In this document: positions 9,022 to 16,926 of the stretch, piece after piece
How the letters are laid out: every line of letters begins with the position of its first letter
Position numbering within the stretch: the stretch's first letter is position 1
NCBI GenBank assembly: GCA_036676495.1
Contig: JAKFCT010000028.1
Coordinates: 96,001 to 160,000 of the forward strand
Source: Candidatus Sericytochromatia bacterium
GTDB taxonomy: Bacteria; Cyanobacteriota; Sericytochromatia; S15B-MN24; UBA4093
Direction: 5' to 3'
DNA: 64,000 nt
The notes under the pieces: model-generated
Told to the model about the DNA's origin: nothing
The model's input: the letters and a program-made list of their open reading frames with translations, nothing else
Database searches by the model: none
Position numbers and translations under genes: made by a program

Positions 9022-9954
9022 ATGAACACCCTCCGGAATCACGCCCTGTTCTGGCTCTTCTTCCTGAGCGTCGCGCTCGTCCCGTCGCTTGCCGAGGCGA
9101 AGGTTCGCGTGGTCGCCACCCTTCCCACCCTGGCGTCCATCGTCCGGGAAGTCGGAGGCCAGGAAGTCGAGGTCACCTCGCTTGCCTACCCGACCCAGGA
9201 CGCCCACTTCGTCGATGCGCGCCCTCACCTGGTGCTGCAGCTCAACAAGGCGGACCTACTCGTCATCAACGGCTCCAACCTGGAGGTCGGCTGGCTCCCC
9301 GTGCTGCTGACCGGAGCGCGGAACTCCCGCATCCAGCCCGGCTCCCAGGGTTACCTCGATGCCTCGACGCTCGTCACGCTCAAAGAAATCCCTCACGGAC
9401 AGGTCGACCGCAGCAAGGGCGACATCCATCCCGGCGGCAACCCGCATTACCTCACCGATCCCCGGAACGGCGGAAAGGTGGCCCTCGGCATCGCCCAGAG
9501 GCTCGGAGCCATCGATCCGGCGAACCGTAACGGTTACCTCCAGCGCGCCAAGGCCCTCGATCAGAAGGCCGTCGCCTTGGCTGAGCGGGAGCGCAAGCGC
9601 TTCCTGGCCATTCCGGCCGTTCGCCGCCATGTCGTGACCTATCACCAGTCCTGGGTCTACTTCCTGGATTGGCTGAGCCTCGAAGAGATCGGCACCATCG
9701 AGCCCAAGCCGGGGATTCCGCCCGATCCCCCGCATGTCTCGCGCCTGCTCACCCACATGCGCAAGGTGCATACCGACGCCATCCTCCAGGAGGCTTACTA
9801 CTCCTCGCGCATCGGCAAGCTGCTGGCCGAGAAGGCCGGAGTCCCCCTGGTCGTGCTTCCGGGCGGCGCGGACTTCGAGCGCGGACAGAGCTACCAGGAC
9901 TACCTGGAAACGCTGACGGGCAAGGTCCATGCGGCCATGACGGAGGTCAACTAG
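9022..9954 (+). CDS. znuA: Metal ABC transporter substrate-binding protein (ZnuA/cluster A-I)
   Basis: Signal peptide; QDAHF, DIHPGGNPHY, TYHQSW and IEPKPGIPP motifs; start re-set to ATG 9022. Confidence 0.88.
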   Translation: MNTLRNHALFWLFFLSVALVPSLAEAKVRVVATLPTLASIVREVGGQEVEVTSLAYPTQDAHFVDARPHLVLQLNKADLLVINGSNLEVGWLPVLLTGARNSRIQPGSQGYLDASTLVTLKEIPHGQVDRSKGDIHPGGNPHYLTDPRNGGKVALGIAQRLGAIDPANRNGYLQRAKALDQKAVALAERERKRFLAIPAVRRHVVTYHQSWVYFLDWLSLEEIGTIEPKPGIPPDPPHVSRLLTHMRKVHTDAILQEAYYSSRIGKLLAEKAGVPLVVLPGGADFERGQSYQDYLETLTGKVHAAMTEVN

Positions 9955-10787
9955 TGAATCTCCCCTTGAAGGCGGCCCTGCCAGCCGCCATGATCCTGGC
10001 GGGCTGCACCTTCCAGCCCGGCGTCTCCTTCGGAACGCTCGCGGATGCGACCCTCGATGCCCGCTTCCAGCCTCCGGCCTCACGCATGGATGCGGAAGGA
10101 CGCCTCAAGACGGCTTCCGGCTACCGGATCCGGATCGACTCCCTGAAGCTCATGCCCAAACAGCTCGATTTCCAGTCGACGACCGGAAAGGCCGGCACCG
10201 GGGGAAGCTTCGACCCCGCCGACCCGCCTGCGGGCTACTCGCTCTGCCACGGCGGCCACTGCCACCGGGACGACGGCGCCCTGATCTCCTACGAGGAGAT
10301 CGAGGCCGAGCTTTCTGGAGGATCCCTCAAGACGGCCACCGTCCTGAGCCTCCCGGTCGTCAGCGCGTTCGACCTGCTCACGGGCTCGGCCACGGCCTCG
10401 CTCGTCCAGAACCAAGCAGGCCGTCAGCTGGACCGCAGCCAATGGTCGAAAGCCTCGCTACAGTTTGCCAGCCTCACGGCCAGCGGCTCGGTCGAGGATC
10501 CCTCGTCCTTCAACCGTCTCGGCGGTCAGACGCGCACCTGGTCCCTGACGCTGAGCCCTTCGGCATTCAGCCAGAAAATCGAGGTGAACATCGATCGCGA
10601 TCAAGGCGATCGCCTCGCCATCGCCGCGACCTTCACCCTCAGCGAGAAGCTCTGGGACGAGGTCGACTTCCAGACCCTCGCCAGCAGCACCCCCGGCACG
10701 CTCGTCCTCGACCAGGACGCGGCCACCCGGGACCACCTGAACGAGAACCTGGCGAAAAGCCTGTTCACCGTCAACTTCAGCCAGTAA
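9954..10787 (+). CDS. Uncharacterised lipoprotein with CHGGHCH motif
   Basis: GTG start after GGAGGT; lipobox ILAGC; PPAGYSLCHGGHCHRDDG. Confidence 0.8.
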   Translation: MNLPLKAALPAAMILAGCTFQPGVSFGTLADATLDARFQPPASRMDAEGRLKTASGYRIRIDSLKLMPKQLDFQSTTGKAGTGGSFDPADPPAGYSLCHGGHCHRDDGALISYEEIEAELSGGSLKTATVLSLPVVSAFDLLTGSATASLVQNQAGRQLDRSQWSKASLQFASLTASGSVEDPSSFNRLGGQTRTWSLTLSPSAFSQKIEVNIDRDQGDRLAIAATFTLSEKLWDEVDFQTLASSTPGTLVLDQDAATRDHLNENLAKSLFTVNFSQ

Positions 10788-10820
10788 CCGTCCCGTCCCT
10801 CGCATACAAGGAGCCCTCGC

Positions 10821-11375
10821 ATGTCTCGCCTTCGCCCCTTTGCCGCCCCACTCGCGGCGCTCACGCTCACCTCCGGCCTCGTCCTGGCCGGTTGCCAGCT
10901 TCTGACCGGCAGCCCCACCCATCCGACTCCCAGCCCCAGCGCAAGCACGAGCGCCGAGCCGATCCCGCAAGCGGACGTCGAGGCCTGCGAGCACATGAAC
11001 ACCGGGACCGCCACCGCCGTCACCGCTTTGCAGGGAGACGGGACGCCTCCGAGCGTGAGCGCGGGGCACACGCGCTACACCATCACCCTCCCGGCCCAAA
11101 ACGAGCAGTACGCGGGCAAAGTCCTGTACAATAGCAGTGAAGAGACTGACTACGTCTTGTTCTTCGACCAAGACGTGAAGCTCGTGATTCGAGACGGCGA
11201 CCAGAAGGTCATCGAGCCCGAAGAAAGCGCCAGCGCCTCGGTCGTTTGCAGCAGCGTCAAGGCTCGCCATGTCGTCCACCTGGGCGTCGGCCTCTATACC
11301 CTCCAACTGGGTCCCACGGCCGCTTCGACCGTGAGCCTGGTCATCGAAGAAACCGCCCACGAGGAGCATGATTAA
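10821..11375 (+). CDS. Uncharacterised lipoprotein (EACEHM motif, C-terminal HEEHD)
   Basis: SD AAGGAG; lipobox VLAGC; Pro/Ser/Thr linker; beta-rich domain; overlaps next gene. Confidence 0.8.
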   Translation: MSRLRPFAAPLAALTLTSGLVLAGCQLLTGSPTHPTPSPSASTSAEPIPQADVEACEHMNTGTATAVTALQGDGTPPSVSAGHTRYTITLPAQNEQYAGKVLYNSSEETDYVLFFDQDVKLVIRDGDQKVIEPEESASASVVCSSVKARHVVHLGVGLYTLQLGPTAASTVSLVIEETAHEEHD

Positions 11376-12153
11376 GTCCACCCGCCCTCTGACCCCCTCC
11401 AAGGCCGTGCTGTCGACCGACTCGCTGTCGGTCGGCTACGGAGGAGTCCCGGTCCTGCCCCCGCTCTCCTTCGCCGTGAGCCCGGGAGAGCTCTGGGTGC
11501 TCGCCGGCCGGAACGGCTCCGGCAAGTCCACCCTCTTGCGCACGATCCTGGGATTGCTCCCTCCGGTCGGCGGCACGCTCTCGCGCCCCCCCAGCACGAG
11601 CATCGCCTACCTGCCCCAGGTTCAGAGCCTGGATCCCATCGTCCCGATGCGGGTCTGGGACATCGTGGCCGAAGGGGTCGAATCGGGCTGGTCGTTCCTG
11701 AAGCCGCGCATCACGAGCACCCAGAAGCAGCGAATCGCCGAGGCCCTGGAGCGCACGGACACGCTATCCCTCGCCAAGCGCTCGTTCGTCGAGCTCTCAG
11801 AGGGCCAGAAGCAACGCGTGCTGTTGGCCCGCGCCATCGCCGCCTCTCCCCAGCTCCTGCTGCTCGACGAGCCCACCTCGGCCATGGACCTCAAAGCCGA
11901 GGAAGAAGCCATCCGGCGGATCGACGATCTCCGTCGCGAGCTGGGCACCGCCGTGATCCTCGTCAGCCACCACCTGCCGGCCGCCATCAAGGCCGCCGAC
12001 CACATCCTCTTCGTGGATGCCGAACACCAGGGCGTCGCCGCCGGAGGCGTCCGGGAGGTCCTCGCCGATCCCATCTTCCACCGCCAGTTCGCCGGTCTCA
12101 CCGGCGACCTCTGCGTGGACATGCTGAAAGACGGACACCGCCATGACCCCTAG
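11368..12153 (+). CDS. znuC: Metal ABC transporter ATP-binding protein
   Basis: Walker A GRNGSGKST; signature LSEGQKQR; Walker B LLLLDEPT; H-loop VSHH. Confidence 0.9.
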   Translation: MIKSTRPLTPSKAVLSTDSLSVGYGGVPVLPPLSFAVSPGELWVLAGRNGSGKSTLLRTILGLLPPVGGTLSRPPSTSIAYLPQVQSLDPIVPMRVWDIVAEGVESGWSFLKPRITSTQKQRIAEALERTDTLSLAKRSFVELSEGQKQRVLLARAIAASPQLLLLDEPTSAMDLKAEEEAIRRIDDLRRELGTAVILVSHHLPAAIKAADHILFVDAEHQGVAAGGVREVLADPIFHRQFAGLTGDLCVDMLKDGHRHDP

Positions 12154-13018
12154 CTGGCTCGATTTCATCGCGGGATGGGAGCTCTTCCGCGACCCCATCC
12201 TCTGCGGCCTCGTCGCCGGAGCCGCCCTCGGCATGCTCGGCGTCTTCATCGTGCTCCGCCGGATGGTCTTCATCTCCGCGGCACTCTCTCAAGCCGCCGG
12301 TCTGGGGGTCGCGCTCTCCTTCTTCGCCCAGATCCACCTCGGTCTTGCCGGCTTCCTCGTCGATCCCCGCCTGGGCGCCCTCGTGATGACGTTTCTGGGG
12401 GCGTGGATGCTCCGACTGGAGCCGCGCGGCAGGTTGACGCGGGAAGGAATGCTCGGCCTGGCCTATCTGGTGGCCTCGGCCGGCACGCTCATGGTCGGCA
12501 CCCGTATCTCCCAGGAAGCGCATGACATCCAGGCCATCCTCTTCGGGACCGGCGTGCTGGTGCGTCCGAGCGACACCGCCTGGGTGCTCACCTCGGCGGC
12601 CCTGGTCTTCGGCATGGTGATCTGGTGGCGGCGCGGGCTGATTTTTGCCAGCTTCGATCCGGACGGGGCTCGAGTCCGAGGGTTGCCGACCACGCTCTTG
12701 AGCCTCGCCATCCTGGGGGCGATCGCCCTGATGGTCTCCATCGCCACGCGGGCGCTGGGGGCGCTGCCGGTCTTCGCGTTCAGCATCCTGCCGGCGATCG
12801 CCGCCATTGCCCTGGCCCCCAGCCCCACCGGAGCCCTGATCCTGGCAGCATGCTTCGGCGCCCTGGGCGGCGTCGGCGGCTACCTCCTGGCCTTCTTCGG
12901 GCAGTTCCCGGTGGGCGCCAGCCAGACCCTGGTCTGCGCCATCCTCGCCGGCACCGCCTGGATCGTGCGCACGCTGATCAGCCCGAAGTCAGCCCGCCTC
13001 GCCGTACCCCGCTCCTAG
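12143..13018 (+). CDS. znuB: Metal ABC transporter permease (ZnuB/ABC-3)
   Basis: LGVFIVLRRMVFISAALSQ, ILFG and SFDPDGARVRGL motifs; multiple TM segments. Confidence 0.9.
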   Translation: MTPSWLDFIAGWELFRDPILCGLVAGAALGMLGVFIVLRRMVFISAALSQAAGLGVALSFFAQIHLGLAGFLVDPRLGALVMTFLGAWMLRLEPRGRLTREGMLGLAYLVASAGTLMVGTRISQEAHDIQAILFGTGVLVRPSDTAWVLTSAALVFGMVIWWRRGLIFASFDPDGARVRGLPTTLLSLAILGAIALMVSIATRALGALPVFAFSILPAIAAIALAPSPTGALILAACFGALGGVGGYLLAFFGQFPVGASQTLVCAILAGTAWIVRTLISPKSARLAVPRS

Positions 13019-13121
13019 AGCGATCTTCGTTGCTGCAGGACAGCGAGCTTTGACTTTCAGCCTCTATCCATGCGGTTCTCGGTTAACGCTCGCTGCCTTT
13101 CGCAACAGCCGCGGGCGCTAG
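13015..13121 (-). repeat. Dispersed 107-bp palindromic element, copy A
   Basis: CTAG...CTAG bounded; internal IR CAGCGAGC/GCTCGCTG and GTTGC/GCAAC; reverse complement aligns ungapped to 59715-59821 at 89/107 by hand count. Confidence 0.9.
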
Positions 13122-13274
13122 AGTAAGTGGCGCACGCATCCTTGCCTGCGCCACGGGTTCGCCGCCATCTCGCTTTACCGTCCCCCCGCTAGCGCCAACA
13201 GCGAAGACCACGACTGAAACACGGCCCTCGTCATTCCCGCCTTCGCGGGTACGACGGAAGGGCGGACGAAACGG

Positions 13275-13306
13275 GAAGGGGCCACCTCGATTGAGGCGGC
13301 CCCTTC
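13275..13306 (-). terminator. Hairpin terminator downstream of PLD gene
   Basis: GAAGGGGCCACCTC-GATT-GAGGCGGCCCCTTC; the single mismatch is a G-U pair on the minus strand. Confidence 0.65.
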
Positions 13307-13314
13307 GGATTTGG

Positions 13315-14637
13315 TTAGAGGTAGTAATCGAAGATATCGAGGAGACGATTGAACGGCTGAGCGTACCAGGGATATTCCTTGAATTCGAAGACCTTGGAGG
13401 CGTTGTTCCAGTCATGGTCGAAGAGACGCGTGCGCAGGCCGCCGACGAGCGCCGGATCCGTCGTCGCGAGGCTGATTTCCTGGTTGTCGAAGAGCGCGCG
13501 CGTGTCGTGGTTCGTGGAGCCCACGGTGGCCCAGTTACCGTCGACCGCCATGTACTTGGTGTGGACATGGGCGTCGGCCGGCGTGCCGTGGTAGAGGCGG
13601 AACTCCGCGCCCAGCTTGCTCAGGGCGTTCAGCTTCACGGTGTGAAGGCGCTTGAAGACCTTGGCACTCGACTCGCCGGGAACGATGGCCTTCAGCTTGA
13701 CCCCGCGCCGCACGGCGGCGTCGAGGCGCGACAGGACGCCGTCGTCGGTCAGGTACTGCTGCTCGATGACGATCTCGGACTGCGCCTGCTCGATGGCCCG
13801 GTAGGTCATGCCGCGCGCCTCGAAGCGGCCCTCGGGGGCGCTGGTGACGTAAATCGCGGCATCCGTCCCGCCGTACTGCACGCCGGGCTGGAGGCTCGGA
13901 TACTCGAGCTTGCCGCCGCGGGCGAGCTTCCAGTCACGGGCGAACTCGCCGTGGAACTGCTGCGCCACCTCGCCCCGGAAGTCGATCAGGACGTCCTGGT
14001 CCTTGGTGTCGAAGTCGGACATGAGGTTCATGCCGCCGACCAGACCGCGATCGCCGTCCGCCAGGTAGAGCTTGCGATGCGTGATGTTGACGCCCAGGCG
14101 CTTGTCGTCCTTGCGGATACCGCGAACCGGGTAATAGCGGAACTCGACCCCGGCCTCGCGAAGCTCGGCGGCCATGGCCTTGGCTCCGGGCAGGAAGCGC
14201 GAGCCCACGTAATCCGCCAGCACCTTGACCTCGACCCCTTCCTGGGCCTTGGCCTTCAGCAAGGGAACGATGCGCTGGCCCATCGAGTCGTTTCCGAAGT
14301 TGAACGTCTCGAGGTAAAGGGTCTTGGTCGCCCCCTTGATCAGCGACTCGAGGGCCGGGACGTTTTCACGGGGCCCCACGCTCAGCGACGCCGAGTTGTT
14401 GCGCGTCCGGGGGTTGGCGTTGCGCATGGGGCGGACCGGAAGCTGGAACGTCTCCCGGGGAGCCTCGTTGAGGGACGGCCCGTCGTCGTTGAGGGAGGCC
14501 TCTCGCGAGGCTCCGCTGAAGAGGTCTTCAGCGGTCGTCGGTACGGTCTGGGGCTGCACGCCGCAGCTCGCCAAGAGCATCACCGAAAGGGCAGGGGCCA
14601 CCCAACGCGCCGCGGGCTTGAAGGGCTTGGTCGTCAT
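13315..14637 (-). CDS. Phospholipase D/cardiolipin synthase-like lipoprotein
   Basis: Two HKD motifs (HRKLYLAD, HTKYMAVD); GGMN and GSTNHD; lipobox LLASC. Confidence 0.88.
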   Translation of the reverse strand: MTTKPFKPAARWVAPALSVMLLASCGVQPQTVPTTAEDLFSGASREASLNDDGPSLNEAPRETFQLPVRPMRNANPRTRNNSASLSVGPRENVPALESLIKGATKTLYLETFNFGNDSMGQRIVPLLKAKAQEGVEVKVLADYVGSRFLPGAKAMAAELREAGVEFRYYPVRGIRKDDKRLGVNITHRKLYLADGDRGLVGGMNLMSDFDTKDQDVLIDFRGEVAQQFHGEFARDWKLARGGKLEYPSLQPGVQYGGTDAAIYVTSAPEGRFEARGMTYRAIEQAQSEIVIEQQYLTDDGVLSRLDAAVRRGVKLKAIVPGESSAKVFKRLHTVKLNALSKLGAEFRLYHGTPADAHVHTKYMAVDGNWATVGSTNHDTRALFDNQEISLATTDPALVGGLRTRLFDHDWNNASKVFEFKEYPWYAQPFNRLLDIFDYYL

Positions 14638-14837
14638 CAACTTCTCCCTCATTCAAGAGCCAGAGATCCTGCTTCACATGGCCACGGGGACCGGGCCGGT
14701 TCGTACTAGATTAACAGGCAAACGAACAAAAGTAAAGATATCCTTAAGGCGAGGTTAACGATCCAGTCCTGGTGCCTGTCGAGCGGGGTTCACCTCTGGT
14801 ATACTGGGAAGAGCCCCCGCTTCCGAGAGGAAAAATC

Positions 14838-15284
14838 ATGCCTTACGCCGAGGACGCCCTCCGCATCCTCAAGAGCCGCGGATACCGGATCACCCAACCT
14901 CGCCGCAAGGTCCTCGAACTGCTCGAAAAGACCGAGACGGCGCTTTCACCGTACGAGATCAAGGATCTCCTGGACGCGGCGGGCGAGCGCGTGGACACGG
15001 TCAGCATCTACCGCATCCTCGAATGCCTCGAGGACAACCACCTGATCCACCGGGTCCTCACCTCGGGCAAGGTCCACAAATGCGACCTCGAAAGCGAGGA
15101 CCACTGCCACCTGGAGCAGGAGGACCACTGTCATCACAACCTCATCTGCCGCTCCTGCGGCGCGATCGAGGAGGTCCACTGTCCCGGCCTGAGCCCCATG
15201 GAAGCCGAGCTGGCAAAGCAGGCAGGCTTCACGATCGAGGCGCATCACCTGGAGTTCAGCGGCCTCTGCCGGAAATGTAGCTGA
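14838..15284 (+). CDS. Fur-family metalloregulator (probable Zur)
   Basis: GYRITQPR, VSIYRIL, HHNLICRSCG and GLCRKC motifs; extended -10 TGGTATACT at 14797-14805; metal-uptake context. Confidence 0.9.
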   Translation: MPYAEDALRILKSRGYRITQPRRKVLELLEKTETALSPYEIKDLLDAAGERVDTVSIYRILECLEDNHLIHRVLTSGKVHKCDLESEDHCHLEQEDHCHHNLICRSCGAIEEVHCPGLSPMEAELAKQAGFTIEAHHLEFSGLCRKCS

Positions 15285-15391
15285 GCCCGCGAGACGGCCG
15301 GCTCCGGGAGGGTATCTCAACCCTGCTGCATCTAGGTTCGGATCCGGAGGTAGGATGAGCCCTACAGGGAGCTCCTCGGAACGGAGCAAGC

Positions 15392-15492
15392 CTAGCGCCT
15401 GCGGCTCTTCCGAAAGGCAGCGAGCGAGGGCGAAACGCACGTGACGACGACGGTCGTGCGTATCGCTCGCTGGCCTGCAGGAAGGGCGTTAG
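15392..15492 (+). repeat. Dispersed palindromic element, copy C (diverged centre, covarying stem)
   Basis: Arms match copy A at 32/35 and 17/20 in identical register; CTTCC/GGAAG replaces GTTGC/GCAAC. Confidence 0.85.
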
Positions 15493-15513
15493 CCATCGGA
15501 AAGGAGCGAGTCC

Positions 15514-15831
15514 ATGGAATGCCAGACCCATGACCAGCACTCCCACGTCCACGGCGACGCCTGTGGACATCCCGGCATCCGGCACCAGGATCACGTCGAC
15601 TACCTGCATGACGGCCACTTGCATCATGCCCATGCGGGTCACGTCGACGAGCATCGCCTGGAGGTGAACGCGGCCAATCCCGCCGACTGCAAGCCCATGG
15701 TCTGTAGGGAAACCCACGACATGGCGATTCCCCATGGGGATCACGTCGACTATCTCAGCAACAACGGCCATCTTCATCGTCGCCACCTCGACCACTGCGA
15801 TGATCATGGCCCGGTCACGCTGCTCCAGTAA
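15514..15831 (+). CDS. His-rich small protein (22 His, 5 Cys in 105 aa), putative metal storage/chaperone
   Basis: SD AAGGAG; internal duplication HxDHVDYL..GHLH..H..H.D.H. Confidence 0.85.
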   Translation: MECQTHDQHSHVHGDACGHPGIRHQDHVDYLHDGHLHHAHAGHVDEHRLEVNAANPADCKPMVCRETHDMAIPHGDHVDYLSNNGHLHRRHLDHCDDHGPVTLLQ

Positions 15832-15839
15832 GCGCCAAA

Positions 15840-15875
15840 CGAAAGGGGCGGCCTCGAACGAGGCCGCCCCTTTCG
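15840..15875. terminator. Bidirectional hairpin terminator
   Basis: CGAAAGGGGCGGCCTCG-AA-CGAGGCCGCCCCTTTCG between convergent genes. Confidence 0.8.
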
Positions 15876-15887
15876 ACTTTGAAGGGC

Positions 15888-16733
15888 TTAGTGACCGTGA
15901 TGCACCAGTTGCTCGATGAGCCAGAAGCTTCCGCCGCCCACCAGGACGAGCCATGCGCCGGCCGAGGTCGTCGCCGCAGCCGGGATGAGCTGGGCCAACG
16001 CGACGAAGAGCAGGATGCCGGCTGCGAAGGGGAGGGCGAAGGGGACCAACGGCCCCATCAGGAAGGGCATGAGGGCTCCGAGCAGCAAGGCGACACCGAC
16101 GATGATGACCGCCCGGCGGGCCATCCGCTGGCTGGCGCCGGCGGCCAGCGTCACGGACGCCGCGAGGATGCCCTCGGGAAGCAAGTGCAGGAGCAGGCCG
16201 ACCATGACCAGCCAGCCAAGGGTCGATCCGGCCGCGAAGGAGGCCGAAAGCGCGACTCCGTCGAAGAACGTGCAGACCGCCAGGCATCCAAGAGCCGAGC
16301 AAGCGGCTCCGTGGCCCAGGATCGGGTGGCCGCAGGCGGCGTGCGCGTGATCCGGGTGATCGCCATGGCCGTCACCGTGGTCGTGACCGTGATCATGCGA
16401 GTAGTCATGGTGATGGGCGCAGCCGTCGTCATGGTGCGACACGTCGAGGAAGGAGAGTCGGGGGGCGATCCAGCGGTCAAAGGCGAAAACGGCCGCTGCC
16501 GCGGCCAGGACGAGCGCGAAGACCTCATGCGCCTCTCCACCGGCTTGCTCCACCGAAGCCGGCAGCAGTTCGAGCAGCACCAGGGCCACCAGGAATCCGG
16601 CGCCCAGCGCCATGACGCCGCGGAGGCGGGAAGGAGTCAGCCAGTCCCGCGAGAGGTTCGCAAACCAGAGCCCGCCGGCCATCGTCACCGAGGCCGCCAG
16701 CAAGCCATAGGTCAAGTTCAACGTGTTTTCCAT
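15888..16733 (-). CDS. ZIP-family metal transporter
   Basis: GAGFLVALVLLELLP; His-rich cytoplasmic loop; CTFFDG and HLLPEG metal-site helices. Confidence 0.88.
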   Translation of the reverse strand: MENTLNLTYGLLAASVTMAGGLWFANLSRDWLTPSRLRGVMALGAGFLVALVLLELLPASVEQAGGEAHEVFALVLAAAAAVFAFDRWIAPRLSFLDVSHHDDGCAHHHDYSHDHGHDHGDGHGDHPDHAHAACGHPILGHGAACSALGCLAVCTFFDGVALSASFAAGSTLGWLVMVGLLLHLLPEGILAASVTLAAGASQRMARRAVIIVGVALLLGALMPFLMGPLVPFALPFAAGILLFVALAQLIPAAATTSAGAWLVLVGGGSFWLIEQLVHHGH

Positions 16734-16760
16734 GGGGATGGGCGATCCTCTCGGGAAGCT

Positions 16761-16809
16761 TTTTGCAATAACATTACTATAGAGTAAGGTTTCTCTCCCC
16801 GGGCGTCAA
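16761..16809 (-). promoter_or_regulatory. Sigma70-type promoter with Fur/Zur-type operator (ZIP gene)
   Basis: Minus strand TTGACG-N17-TACTCT followed immediately by ATAGTAATGTTATTGCAAAA, similar to the motif at 7700-7720. Confidence 0.7.
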
Positions 16810-16855
16810 GCAGGAAAGCCGCTGGGCGAGCAGGTTACTGGCTTCCCGCTTCATG

Positions 16856-16894
16856 CGAGAAGGCCCTCGGAGCGATGCTCCGAGGGCCTTCTCG
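16856..16894 (-). terminator. Hairpin terminator after response regulator
   Basis: CGAGAAGGCCCTCGGAGC-GAT-GCTCCGAGGGCCTTCTCG, perfect 18-bp stem. Confidence 0.7.
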
Positions 16895-16926
16895 ACACTG
16901 AGGCGCTTGCGATACCGCCGCCGGCG

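Noticed and set aside
13210-13275. Hammerhead ribozyme-like CTGA...stem...GAAAC
   Set aside because: The core reads CUGAAAC rather than CUGANGA, and no stem I/III with a cleavage triplet could be built
15390-15494. Integron attC-like look of copy C (GCCTAGC...GCGTTAGCC)
   Set aside because: The R'' box is not RYYYAAC, copies A and B lack the GTT end, there is no integrase or cassette array, and the flanking genes have their own promoters or operons
15300-15513. Known metal riboswitch (NiCo/czcD, yybP-ykoY) upstream of the His-rich gene
   Set aside because: I could not find their conserved sequence cores by eye; an Rfam scan is needed to exclude them formally
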